A stretch of DNA of 64,000 nt from Promethearchaeota archaeon. Its GTDB lineage: Archaea > Asgardarchaeota > Lokiarchaeia > Sigyniarchaeales > SOKP01. Each line of letters begins with the position of its first letter. The first letter of the stretch is position 1. The notes below the pieces were generated by a model. The model ran no database searches, had not been told where the DNA came from, and saw nothing but the letters and a program-made list of their open reading frames with translations. Both the position numbers and the translations under genes were made by a program. Shown piece after piece: positions 18,316-28,204 of this stretch. Where the stretch lies: positions 64,001 to 128,000 of the forward strand of contig JBHLLU010000001.1 in NCBI GenBank assembly GCA_048938895.1, given 5' to 3'.

Positions 18316-20244
18316 ATGATTGGTACATTTCAAGGAATTCCCATTGAAGGTTTATCTTATCAAACTCCTACACTTTCAGGAATTATGGATATAAAAGGTC
18401 AATTTCGTTATAATGCAGGAGAATCTGTGGTATTCTCAATTGGTAAATTGATTCTTGGAGAAATTATTGGCAAAGAGACGATATCTCTAATCGATATTGT
18501 CCCAGGAGCAGAGAATTCCAGTGATCAACGTGTTATAAATTTATGTGTCTTATTACAGACGCTAAATGAGGAAGGCAATATAAACAAGGGAATTCGAATA
18601 TCAGAAAATGTAGTTACTATTGTTTCAGAATTTAGTGGACAACTGAATTTTAATCAACCTCCTAAAGCATTTCGATCCGATCCTAAATTGAGAGCTTTAG
18701 TAGAAAAATTGAATTCTAAGAAATTATTTCCAGATACTGGCAATTTTGGTATGCGAACCATACGATACCCTTCAGCAGCTCAAGCTAGTTTTGAAGCAAG
18801 TTTAGATCCGAAGCATTTGGAATCAGACTGCCACAAAATCGTAGAAATATCATCAGGTAAAATTAATGGTTATGCTACTAGCAACAATACATTTACATGG
18901 TTAGGTATTCCTTATGCTAAAGCCCCAGTAGGAGATCTGCGTTGGAAACCACCGCAAAAAATTACTTCGTGGGAAGGAGTACTCGATTGCACCCAGTGGG
19001 GAGATCAATGCGGTCAAGGAGATTTGGGACCGGCTAGTTTTGGCAATTTGAGTGAAGATTGTCTGAACCTGAACGTTGTAGCACCCAAAAGTATTGGCAA
19101 CAAGAAATTACCTGTAATGGTCTGGTTTCATGGGGGAGGATTTCATGCCATGTCAGCCAACAATTTTACGTATAATTACACAGCTCTTCCTGCCAAAGGT
19201 GTAATCCTTGTCAGCGTAAATCATCGGCTTGGTCCATTAGGATATATGGCTCATCCAGCATTAACTGCGGAATCAGAGAATGGAGTTTCTGGGAACTATG
19301 GTCAATTGGATTTGATTGCAGCATTGAAATGGGTTAAAGAAAACATTTCCATATTTGGAGGTGATGCTGATTGCGTAACAATTTTTGGTGAATCCGGCGG
19401 TGGTGGTAAAACCTTTTATTTGATCGTTTCTCCCCTTGCCAAAGGACTATTTCATCGAGCAATTATTCAAAGTGGGGTAGGTCTAATAGGTGAACGACAT
19501 ATTCCACGTCTAAACGAGGCTGAAGCCCGAGGAGTGACTCTCGTGGAAAAAATGGGTATTAAGGGCGATAAGGATGTACTTAAAAAAATGAGGGAAAAAC
19601 CCTGGCAGGATATAATAAAAGCTAGTCAAGAGATAAATTTTAACGATATACGTCTAGTTACAATCGATAATTGGTATCTTTTGGATGACCCAGCTTCTGT
19701 GTTTGAACAAAAACGGCATAACGATATACCTATTATTATCGGTGCATGTCGCACAGACATGGCTTATGGAATGATAAAAGGGATTACGGATTGGGCCAGT
19801 TTGATAAGTAAAAACAGTCAATCAAACATATATACTTTTCTTTTTGGACATGTTCCTACAAGATGGCGAAAGGAAGGTGTTGTGGCATTTCATGGAATAG
19901 AAGTTCCATATGTTTTTGGTTGTCATCGAGTAGGCCTAAAAACCCCTACTATGCTGAATCTCTCTAGAACTGGAGGTGCTAAACAACCAGATCCAGGCAT
20001 TGATGAAATGGATGATTATATAGCTAATAAGATGACAGACATGTGGACCCAATTTGCTAAAACAGGTGATCCCAATACAAAAGGAAAAATTACTGATAAG
20101 ACCACATGGAACCCTTACAACAGTGCGAAAGACAATTTTCTTCTTATAAGTGACGATGAGGTCCCTCTGTCGATGGAAACAGGTGTTGCTGAGCACTATG
20201 AACCACCACCGAAAGACACACCCCCATTAATACCGGTTAGATAA
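18316..20244 (+). CDS. Type-B carboxylesterase with extra ~170-aa N-terminal domain
   Basis: LGIPYAKAPVGDLRWKPP, SEDCLNLNV, WFHGGG, GNYGQLD, FGESGG (catalytic Ser) and FHGIE (His). Confidence 0.9.
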   Translation: MIGTFQGIPIEGLSYQTPTLSGIMDIKGQFRYNAGESVVFSIGKLILGEIIGKETISLIDIVPGAENSSDQRVINLCVLLQTLNEEGNINKGIRISENVVTIVSEFSGQLNFNQPPKAFRSDPKLRALVEKLNSKKLFPDTGNFGMRTIRYPSAAQASFEASLDPKHLESDCHKIVEISSGKINGYATSNNTFTWLGIPYAKAPVGDLRWKPPQKITSWEGVLDCTQWGDQCGQGDLGPASFGNLSEDCLNLNVVAPKSIGNKKLPVMVWFHGGGFHAMSANNFTYNYTALPAKGVILVSVNHRLGPLGYMAHPALTAESENGVSGNYGQLDLIAALKWVKENISIFGGDADCVTIFGESGGGGKTFYLIVSPLAKGLFHRAIIQSGVGLIGERHIPRLNEAEARGVTLVEKMGIKGDKDVLKKMREKPWQDIIKASQEINFNDIRLVTIDNWYLLDDPASVFEQKRHNDIPIIIGACRTDMAYGMIKGITDWASLISKNSQSNIYTFLFGHVPTRWRKEGVVAFHGIEVPYVFGCHRVGLKTPTMLNLSRTGGAKQPDPGIDEMDDYIANKMTDMWTQFAKTGDPNTKGKITDKTTWNPYNSAKDNFLLISDDEVPLSMETGVAEHYEPPPKDTPPLIPVR

Positions 20245-20253
20245 GGAGATCGT

Positions 20254-21096
20254 ATGAAAATTAAATCCAATAGAAAACTCCTTTTACAATTTATTAATGA
20301 TTATCTCGAAGCACTCTTGGTTCATGACCACACTCGGTTAAGGTTAGTTGAAAATTATAAGGCTACTGAAAATGGTGACCCCTTGATTTTAGGTGAAGGG
20401 ATATGGCAGACGGTTCGAACTATTATTTTGAGAAAATCGTTTGTAGATGCTTCAGAAAATCAAGCAGGTTTTTGGGGTGTCTTGGAAGAAATTGGGGGCG
20501 AGAAAGCATTGTTTGTGCTTCGTTTAAAAATCATTGATAATAGGATTACAGAAATCGAAACATTGCTCTCGAGAAAAGGTTGTCATCCTTTATTCAGTCC
20601 AGATACAGCGCGAAACAATCCACTTTGGGACATATTAATCCCCGAATCGGATCGATTGACGCGCAAAGAACTTATTAGAATTGCGGACGGATATTTTGAA
20701 GGCATTGAGAAATCGGATGGATCGATTGTTATGTTGCATCCAGATTGTCAACGCAAAGAGAACGGTATTAAAACAACAAATAACTCCAATTTACTAAATT
20801 TCAGCACACAAGCCGGACTTTATCGAATGGATTATATCAAAAAAGTTCGCGAACGACGATATCCTATCGTAGATATTGATAGAGGTATAGTTTGGGGTAT
20901 AGCTGTTTTTGACATACCAGGGACAAATATAAAAAATGAACAATTACCCGATGGTTCTGTACAACAGGAATTGCGTACTAAGCCACGATCTTTATTGCTC
21001 CATGAGATGTTTAAAATCGAAGATGGCTTGATCCGGGATATCAATGCTTTTATGACCAACGCTCCTCTTAACGCCACCCATGGATGGAGTGATTGA
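20254..21096 (+). CDS. Hypothetical protein with two related halves (SnoaL/NTF2-like fold suspected)
   Basis: Internal duplication: YLEAL..H/TENG/LKIIDNRITEIE versus YFEGIEK/KENG/FKIEDGLIRDI. AAGGAG RBS; 9 bp after the esterase. Confidence 0.65.
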   Translation: MKIKSNRKLLLQFINDYLEALLVHDHTRLRLVENYKATENGDPLILGEGIWQTVRTIILRKSFVDASENQAGFWGVLEEIGGEKALFVLRLKIIDNRITEIETLLSRKGCHPLFSPDTARNNPLWDILIPESDRLTRKELIRIADGYFEGIEKSDGSIVMLHPDCQRKENGIKTTNNSNLLNFSTQAGLYRMDYIKKVRERRYPIVDIDRGIVWGIAVFDIPGTNIKNEQLPDGSVQQELRTKPRSLLLHEMFKIEDGLIRDINAFMTNAPLNATHGWSD

Positions 21097-21142
21097 ATTT
21101 CATTCTCGAGCAGTTTAAATATTTTATAAATGATAAAGAATT

Positions 21143-22390
21143 ATGATTCTTAATAGGAAAGCAACAAAAGATGAAAAATTCAAATCTACTTCTAATAGAA
21201 CGAAAGGTCTTGATAAATTGATAGATGTACAAAATGCATATAGAATCACAGATAGATTAGCCTTTCCCAGACTTATTGGTTCTAAAGGTGAAAAAAAGGC
21301 AATTGAGATAGTAGTTGATGAATTTAAGAATGCAGGGTTTATTTCTGTTAATCGTCAAAAATTTATGACTTCTTTTCATAATTTTATATACTCCCGATAT
21401 ATATTTCTAATACTTGGGACAGGATTGATTTTCTTGGGATTGTCCTATTATATTAATGTTTTTTTAACATTAAGTTTAATCTTTTTATCTCTTTTTATCT
21501 CCTTTAAAGCCCTTCAAACATCTACAAAAATGAAATTAAGTAGAAATAAGAGTAATAATTATGAAACAGAAAATATATGGGTAAATTTGGAAAATAAAAA
21601 TTCCAATAGTAGAGTTGTTTTTATGGCTCATTGGGATTCTAAATCACAAACATTTCCCTCTACTATGCGAGTTATGATATTTTTAATTTTTTCGTTTGGG
21701 GCTCTCCTATTATATTTGATCTTTTTCATTTTAAGCATAATTAAAATTTTTGTCAATTTCAATATACCTATATTAAAAAATGTTTTATTAGATGTTTGTC
21801 TAATAATTGCTCTGATTGGAGGACTCAACTATTTTAATAAAACTGGAAATTTTTCTCCGGGTGCTTTTGATAATGCTGCAGGTGTAGGGGTTATTATAGA
21901 ACTCGCAAGATATTATAAAATAAATCCTCCTCATAATCTTGATTTGACATTTTTTAGTCCTGGTTCAGAAGAGTTAAATTTAGGAGGTGCTATTCGATTT
22001 ATAGAAAAACTGAAAAACCAATTGAGTAAAGATAAAACTTTTTTTATTAATTTGGATTTAATTGGGGGTGCAGAAATAATTAGATTAACTAGTTCATATG
22101 GAATTCCACGAAAAATTTCTTCGAAGAAATTGAATGCGCTATTCAAAGAAAGCGCTAAAGAGAATCAGATAGAAATGAAAGACATTTATTCACCTACAGG
22201 TTCATGGTCTGATTTCATGCCGATTGTACAAGAAGGATTTGAAGCATGTTGGCTAGGTTCTCAACCTGGATTAAAATATGTTCATACAAAGAAAGATAAT
22301 ATGAGTTTAGTATCCAAAGAAGGTCTTAAGAATATTATTACTTTATGTATCGACATTGTTAAGAAATTAGATCTTGAGTTTTGCCAATAA
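21143..22390 (+). CDS. Membrane-embedded M28-family metallopeptidase
   Basis: AHWDS, PGAFDNAAG, SEELNLGG, NLD, SDF and HTKKD ligands, with hydrophobic TM hairpin insertions. Confidence 0.85.
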   Translation: MILNRKATKDEKFKSTSNRTKGLDKLIDVQNAYRITDRLAFPRLIGSKGEKKAIEIVVDEFKNAGFISVNRQKFMTSFHNFIYSRYIFLILGTGLIFLGLSYYINVFLTLSLIFLSLFISFKALQTSTKMKLSRNKSNNYETENIWVNLENKNSNSRVVFMAHWDSKSQTFPSTMRVMIFLIFSFGALLLYLIFFILSIIKIFVNFNIPILKNVLLDVCLIIALIGGLNYFNKTGNFSPGAFDNAAGVGVIIELARYYKINPPHNLDLTFFSPGSEELNLGGAIRFIEKLKNQLSKDKTFFINLDLIGGAEIIRLTSSYGIPRKISSKKLNALFKESAKENQIEMKDIYSPTGSWSDFMPIVQEGFEACWLGSQPGLKYVHTKKDNMSLVSKEGLKNIITLCIDIVKKLDLEFCQ

Positions 22391-22486
22391 TTAAGCTAAA
22401 CCTATAAAATATTGTATAAAACTTAAATTAGTTTCTAAGATTTATTTTATCGATATTCATTTAAAATAAAATACTAGTTATTGAAA

Positions 22487-23473
22487 ATGTTAACTCCAGA
22501 ACAAGTTAAAAAAGTATTAAAGGATCACGTAATTAACCTACGGTTTCATGCCAGAGGAGGCCAAGGAGGCGTAACAGCATCAAATTTATGTGTAGAAGCT
22601 TTTTACGGCTATGGTGTGTGTCAACCACTTTTTGGTGCCGAAAGGATGGGGTCTCCTACGGAAAGTTATGTAAGGCTCTCTGCTAATGAAGATTTGGTAC
22701 GGTCAAATGAACAAGTTTATGGGCCACATTACGTCTCTGTATTAGATCCTTCGTTATTGGGAGAGATTGATGTTACTGCGGGAATGCCTAGAGGAGGGTG
22801 GTTAATTGTAAACACAGTTTTGAATCAACAAGAGATTCAAGACATTGTTAATCGGCACGATATCAATGTTGCTACTATTGATGCAACGAGAATAGCTCTG
22901 GAGGTTTTAGGTAGAAATATCACGAATACTATTATTTTGGGAGCATTAATCCGTGTTTCTCATATTTTTTCTGTTGAGGAGTTGTCTGATGCAATTGCAA
23001 GAAGATTTAAAGGTGAACTTGCGGGGAAAAACATCCAAGCAATTAAACAGGCAATTGAAGAAACATGCGTTTATGATCTCGGGATTGATGCTGATTATTC
23101 TGTTGATACTAAAGTCCCTTGGCAACAAGTTAAACCAGGACTCCCTGGATACAAAGACCTAGACAAATCTGGAGTCTGGTATTGTGATGAGGATGTCATT
23201 GAGGTTGGAAGCTCTCAAGTAATGACAGGAACGTGGGGAGAGTGGGAAATCATTTGGGATGAGGAAAAGTGTACAGACTGTGCTCAATGTTGGTACATAT
23301 GTCCCGATTTCGCCATAATTAGGGAAAAAGGTGAGGATGGCTTATGGCATATGGCAGGTATAGATAGCTTCCATTGTAAGTCATGCCAGAATTGTTTAAA
23401 AGTATGTCCAGTAGAGGCAATAAGTAAAGAATTAAAACAAGGCCCGGCGTCATGTGCGGTGCCTGAAGAGTAA
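22487..23473 (+). CDS. porC: POR-type 2-oxoacid:ferredoxin oxidoreductase fused gamma-delta subunit
   Basis: RFHARGGQGGVT, FGAERMGSP and NTIILGAL (gamma), plus C-terminal CTDCAQCWYICP and CKSCQNCLKVCP (delta). ATG at 22487 or TTG at 22481. Confidence 0.88.
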   Translation: MLTPEQVKKVLKDHVINLRFHARGGQGGVTASNLCVEAFYGYGVCQPLFGAERMGSPTESYVRLSANEDLVRSNEQVYGPHYVSVLDPSLLGEIDVTAGMPRGGWLIVNTVLNQQEIQDIVNRHDINVATIDATRIALEVLGRNITNTIILGALIRVSHIFSVEELSDAIARRFKGELAGKNIQAIKQAIEETCVYDLGIDADYSVDTKVPWQQVKPGLPGYKDLDKSGVWYCDEDVIEVGSSQVMTGTWGEWEIIWDEEKCTDCAQCWYICPDFAIIREKGEDGLWHMAGIDSFHCKSCQNCLKVCPVEAISKELKQGPASCAVPEE

Positions 23474-23486
23474 AGGAGGTAAAAAC

Positions 23487-24716
23487 ATGAGTATTGAACC
23501 AATGAGAATATTTTTTAATGAAATTAAAGAACCAATAGAAACTACCATGATTGGAAATTATGCTGTTGCGGGAGGTGTGACTCAAACCGATCCTGATGTC
23601 ATATGTGCCTTTCCGATAACGCCTCAAACTCAATCAGTTGAAGGATTATCAGATGTAGTTCATCATGGGAGACTTAAAGCAGCCTTCATAAACGTCGAAT
23701 CAGAACTTGCCGCAATAAGTTATTCAACCGCAGCATGTGCTGCGGGAGCAAGAACCTTTACAGCAACAGCATCACAAGGTTATCTGTTAATGACTGAAGC
23801 TTTACCAATGGCAGTGGGGTGGCGAGTCCCTTTAACAATGCTAATTAGCGCTCGAGCGTTTAATGCGCCAAATTTATCAATATGGAATAGTTGGGAATTT
23901 ACCCAAACTAATTCAGAATTGGGTTGGAATTGTTTTGTGTCTGAAAATGTTCAAGAAACCTATGATGCTGCTATATTATCAGTAATGATTTCAGAGGATT
24001 CACTATTCCCAACAATGTTTGTTCATGATGGTTTTATTATTTCACATTCTGTACAGAAATTAACTTTAATTCCCGATGAAATTGTTAGAAAATTAACTCC
24101 CAAGAAACCAAGACACCACATTTCTACAGAAAAACCAGGAACTTGGGGAGGAATTGTAACACCTGATTATTTTATGGAAGGAAGGAAGAGACTTGATGAG
24201 GAAAAACAACCCGTTTTAAGAATAATGAAGAATTCATTTGATGAATTTGCGAAAGCAACTGGACGTCAATATGATCTAATTGAAACATTCAACTTGGATA
24301 ATTCTTCTAAAACAGCTTTTCTCACAATGGGATCTATGTGTGGAAATATTATCAGTTGGATGACAAAAAATAAAGATATTGGACTTATTAAAATAAGAGC
24401 TTATCGTCCGTTTCCTCATGAACAACTGCGAAAAATAGTTGAAGAGCATAACATTGAGAAAATTATTATTTTAGAGAAGTCTGATGCATTAAATGGAATG
24501 TTACCTCCATTTTCAATGTCAATTGCTTCAGCATTATATCCTATTGGCACTCTATTTAGAAGCTTTGTTGTTGGTTTGGGAGGAAGAGATGTTACACGAG
24601 ACGAATTTGCTATTGCTAAAAAGAAAATGGCCACAGTAACAGATATGAAAGGGAAACTTTATATGTATCTCGGTGTGAGAGAAACAAAATCGAATATATT
24701 GGGAGTGGAGTTATAA
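23487..24716 (+). CDS. porA: POR-type 2-oxoacid:ferredoxin oxidoreductase alpha subunit
   Basis: FPITPQT, ESE, TATASQG, DGFIISH, RPFP and GLGGRD motifs. AAGGAGGT RBS before the ATG at 23487. Confidence 0.9.
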   Translation: MSIEPMRIFFNEIKEPIETTMIGNYAVAGGVTQTDPDVICAFPITPQTQSVEGLSDVVHHGRLKAAFINVESELAAISYSTAACAAGARTFTATASQGYLLMTEALPMAVGWRVPLTMLISARAFNAPNLSIWNSWEFTQTNSELGWNCFVSENVQETYDAAILSVMISEDSLFPTMFVHDGFIISHSVQKLTLIPDEIVRKLTPKKPRHHISTEKPGTWGGIVTPDYFMEGRKRLDEEKQPVLRIMKNSFDEFAKATGRQYDLIETFNLDNSSKTAFLTMGSMCGNIISWMTKNKDIGLIKIRAYRPFPHEQLRKIVEEHNIEKIIILEKSDALNGMLPPFSMSIASALYPIGTLFRSFVVGLGGRDVTRDEFAIAKKKMATVTDMKGKLYMYLGVRETKSNILGVEL

Positions 24717-24717
24717 A

Positions 24718-25806
24718 ATGTCAGGACCAGAGAGAAATTTAATTAGAATCGAAGATCTCTTGGCGAGAGAAGGAAAGAGTAATGTGTTATTCCTTAATTA
24801 TGATAATGAAGCGTTCATGAATACAGGGATTCAAGAAAGTGGGGGAACTCCCCCATATGCATCAACAACAACAGGCCCCGCAGGAGAGAAAATACCTGGT
24901 AAAGTAGGAGTAAAGCAGGACTTAGTAACACCTTTTGGTTTTTATGGCTCAAATTCATTGTTTTTAGCAACACTCAATCCCGCATATCCCAATGATTTTA
25001 TGGGAAAAATTATTGAAGCTCTAAAAACAAACGGATCTGCATTCGTTCAAGCCTATTCTGATTGTATGAGAGGTTGGAGGCATGCTTCAGAAGATGCTGT
25101 AAAGATCTCAAAACTAGCTACAGATTGTGGTTATTGGCCTCTATATACAATACGTGTGAAGGATGGTATTCCTACATTTTCATACTATCGTGGGTTAGAT
25201 ATTGATAAAGACAAGTTTATTGAGTATCTTAGGTCTATGGGCCGATTTAGACATTTGTTTCGGCCAAAATTCATGGAGAAAGAAATTGATGATATCATTT
25301 ATTATACAGAGCATAGGAATAATAAATTGAAAGCTTTGATCAAAACTTTTGGAGCAGATAAACCTATCGACGTATATAGAGTTAATCGTAAATCTTTAGA
25401 ACCTCAGTCTCATTTGTATCCAGGACATGGTCTATGCCCCGGATGTGGCGCTGGTATGGTTCTAAATCAACTAGCAACAGCTGCTCAAGCCGTAGCAGGT
25501 AATAATATTGTGTATGTAAATAATACATCTTGTACAGAAGTATCCACCTCAAAAGACAATGTAACTTCTTGGAGAGTACCCTGGGTTCATCACCTCTTTG
25601 AATCAGGTGCCACAATAGCAGAAGCAATAAGTACTGCATATAAGATTCGAAAATCCAAAGGTCAATTTGATGGGGAGGTTCCCTATGTGATTCATATAGG
25701 GGGTGATGGCTCAACTTATGATATCGGATTTCAATTCCTGAAAGCAGCTTTAATCAGAACAAGTACTATGGTTGATATGAATATTTACTTAAAAAATCAA
25801 AAGTAA
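24718..25806 (+). CDS. porB: POR-type oxidoreductase beta subunit, circularly permuted
   Basis: YDNEAFMNTGIQES (normally mid-protein) is at the N-terminus, while GHGLCPGCG, SCTEV, PWVH..FE and GGDGSTYDIGFQ (normally the N-terminal half) are at the C-terminus. Confidence 0.88.
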   Translation: MSGPERNLIRIEDLLAREGKSNVLFLNYDNEAFMNTGIQESGGTPPYASTTTGPAGEKIPGKVGVKQDLVTPFGFYGSNSLFLATLNPAYPNDFMGKIIEALKTNGSAFVQAYSDCMRGWRHASEDAVKISKLATDCGYWPLYTIRVKDGIPTFSYYRGLDIDKDKFIEYLRSMGRFRHLFRPKFMEKEIDDIIYYTEHRNNKLKALIKTFGADKPIDVYRVNRKSLEPQSHLYPGHGLCPGCGAGMVLNQLATAAQAVAGNNIVYVNNTSCTEVSTSKDNVTSWRVPWVHHLFESGATIAEAISTAYKIRKSKGQFDGEVPYVIHIGGDGSTYDIGFQFLKAALIRTSTMVDMNIYLKNQK

Positions 25807-25847
25807 TTTCTTCTAAATTATTTATTTCTTTTATTCTTATTTTCTTT

Positions 25848-26618
25848 ATGGCAATTAAAATTGAAAAGAATTATCCTGTTTTTACAGTTATAATCGATAA
25901 TCCTGAAGTAAAAAACGCTGTTGATCAACAAACTGCGAATCAATTAGCAGATGCTTTTCGAATATTTGATTCAGATGAGAAAGCCTTAGTTGCTGTTTTA
26001 TGGGGTGCTAATGAAACTTTTTGTTCAGGGGCAAATCTAAAAAGTATTGCCGAGGGAGGGGGAAATCGAAAAGAGAGAGACGGAGATGGTCCAATGGGTC
26101 CAACTAGACTACAATTGTCTAAACCTGTGATTGCTGCTGTAGCAGGATATGCAGTTGCTGGAGGTCTTGAGCTTGCCTTATGGTGTGATATGCGAGTTGT
26201 TGAAAGAAATGCTGTGTTTGGAGTTTTCTGTAGAAGATTTGGAGTACCTTTGATTGATGGTGGGACAGTTCGTCTTCCAAGACTTATTGGATTAAGTAGA
26301 GCTCTTGATATGATTCTTACTGGACGACCAATAAATGCTGAAGAAGCATATGAATGGGGACTTGCTAATAGGATTGTCGAAATTGGTCAATCTAGACATG
26401 AAGCCGAGAAACTTGCTAATGAAATAGCGAATTTTCCTCAAACCTGCATGAGAAATGATCGAATGTCAACTTATAATCAGTTAGGTTTAGACATAAAAAA
26501 AGCAATGAACCAAGAATTTGAATTTGGATTGAAGACCTTGGAAACTGGAGAACATATTCTAGGAAGTAAGACTTTTACACAAGGTAAAGGAAAACATGGA
26601 AGTTTTAATAACAATTAA
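25848..26618 (+). CDS. Crotonase / enoyl-CoA hydratase family protein
   Basis: FCSGANL, KPVIAAVAGYAVAGGLELALWCD and GVPLIDGGTVRLPRLIG motifs. Confidence 0.92.
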   Translation: MAIKIEKNYPVFTVIIDNPEVKNAVDQQTANQLADAFRIFDSDEKALVAVLWGANETFCSGANLKSIAEGGGNRKERDGDGPMGPTRLQLSKPVIAAVAGYAVAGGLELALWCDMRVVERNAVFGVFCRRFGVPLIDGGTVRLPRLIGLSRALDMILTGRPINAEEAYEWGLANRIVEIGQSRHEAEKLANEIANFPQTCMRNDRMSTYNQLGLDIKKAMNQEFEFGLKTLETGEHILGSKTFTQGKGKHGSFNNN

Positions 26619-26647
26619 ATAAATTAAAATAATATTGTGGTTCAATC

Positions 26648-27064
26648 ATGATATTTTTTGAAGAATTTAAGGTTAAAACACCAGAAAGAGAAATCCTTCT
26701 TGATATAACACCTGAAATTAGTAAGAGAGTAAGAAATTCAAATATAAAGGAGGGTGTTTGTAGAATTTTTATACCTCATACAACAGCAGGGGTTACAATA
26801 AATGAGAATGCTGATCCTTCCGTAAAAATGGATATTCGTTATTTCTTCGAAAAATTAATTCCGAAGGGTGGAAGATTAGGATACTCTTTTAGACATAGAG
26901 AAGGAAACTCAGATGCTCATATAAAATGCACTCTGACAGGACATACTGTTGAAATCTTGATTCATGAGAAAAAGTTAATGCTTGGAACATGGCAAGGCAT
27001 TTTTTTTGCTGAGTATGATGGCCCCAGAAATAGAAGCGTCTATGTACAAATTCAAGGGGAATAG
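26648..27064 (+). CDS. yjbQ: YjbQ / UPF0047 family protein
   Basis: PHTTAGVTINENADP, HREGNSDAHIK, LGTWQGIFFAEYDGPR. Confidence 0.92.
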   Translation: MIFFEEFKVKTPEREILLDITPEISKRVRNSNIKEGVCRIFIPHTTAGVTINENADPSVKMDIRYFFEKLIPKGGRLGYSFRHREGNSDAHIKCTLTGHTVEILIHEKKLMLGTWQGIFFAEYDGPRNRSVYVQIQGE

Positions 27065-27118
27065 GAACATTCATAATCCTTAATTTTGGTTAAATATTAA
27101 AGTTCATAATAAAATTGG

Positions 27119-28195
27119 TTGGTGTTTAAATTGGAATTAGGAATTAACTCATTAGCTAGTTTAGCAAAAATCAAAAAGAACGTGACCAGAAAAAGAATAT
27201 CTAGTTATGATGTTACTGGGGCAAATATGGATAATGTACAAATTGACAGCAAGGGAAAATATGAAATTTGTAATATTGAAAACGCTGGAATAATCAAGCA
27301 TGTTTGGATGACTCTCGCATCAAAAAGCCCAAATTACTTAAGAGAAGTATTAATTAGAATGTGGTGGGATGGAGAAGCAAATCCTTCGGTTGAGTGTCCA
27401 ATTGGTGATTTTTTTGGAGTTGGACATGGAAAAACCGTAAACTTCTGGAGTTTACCATTATCAATGGGGCCTCAAGATGGAAAAGGATTTAATTGTTTCT
27501 TCCCAATGCCTTTCTCCAAGAATGCTAGAATCGAAGTTGAAAATCAAAGTGAGGAAATATTAATTTGCTATTTTTATATTGATTATGAAGAACATGATGA
27601 AATAGATTCCTCTTTTGGTAGATTTCACGCCTCTTGGAACAGATCAAACCCATGTGAAGGTCAAGATTACGAATATTTAATGAAGAGAAATTTAAAATCA
27701 GAAAGATTTACTAAAAAAAATGTAAGTCATGAAAATGATTATTTAGTCTTAGAGGCGGAGGGTGAAGGCCATTTTGTTGGTTGTCATTTGGATATCCATA
27801 ATTTGTTTGAAACTGAAAGATTTAATTGGCCAGGTGAGGGTGATGATTTTATTGAAATCGATGATGGTAAAATTATTCTCTATGGAACAGGGACAGAAGA
27901 CTATTTTTGTGGTTCTTGGTGTCCTACCCAATTTTATTGTTCTCCTTATTTTGGAGTTACTTTACCGGGTGGGAAAAACTGGAGTGGGAAAATCTCTTAT
28001 TATCGTTATCATATTGAAGATCCTGTATATTTTCATAAGAATATTAATGTGAAAATTGAACATGGGCATGCTAATCAACGTTCAGACGACTGGTCTTCAA
28101 CAGCGTATTGGTATCAAACAGAACCTCATAAAACTTTTAAATTATTACTTCCTGTAGATGAGAGATTACCTAGAGAAGAGCCTAAAGAAATATAG
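27119..28195 (+). CDS. DUF2961 / glycoside hydrolase family 172 protein
   Basis: HVWMT, WDGE.PSVECPIGDFFG, FPMPF, GEGD, GTGTEDYF, EHGHAN and AYWYQ motifs. Confidence 0.88.
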   Translation: MVFKLELGINSLASLAKIKKNVTRKRISSYDVTGANMDNVQIDSKGKYEICNIENAGIIKHVWMTLASKSPNYLREVLIRMWWDGEANPSVECPIGDFFGVGHGKTVNFWSLPLSMGPQDGKGFNCFFPMPFSKNARIEVENQSEEILICYFYIDYEEHDEIDSSFGRFHASWNRSNPCEGQDYEYLMKRNLKSERFTKKNVSHENDYLVLEAEGEGHFVGCHLDIHNLFETERFNWPGEGDDFIEIDDGKIILYGTGTEDYFCGSWCPTQFYCSPYFGVTLPGGKNWSGKISYYRYHIEDPVYFHKNINVKIEHGHANQRSDDWSSTAYWYQTEPHKTFKLLLPVDERLPREEPKEI

Positions 28196-28204
28196 GATAA
28201 ATAA

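Noticed and set aside
22487-25806. Calling the three-subunit OFOR an oxalate oxidoreductase
   Set aside because: The architecture is similar, but the diagnostic YPIRP Arg is absent (FPITP).
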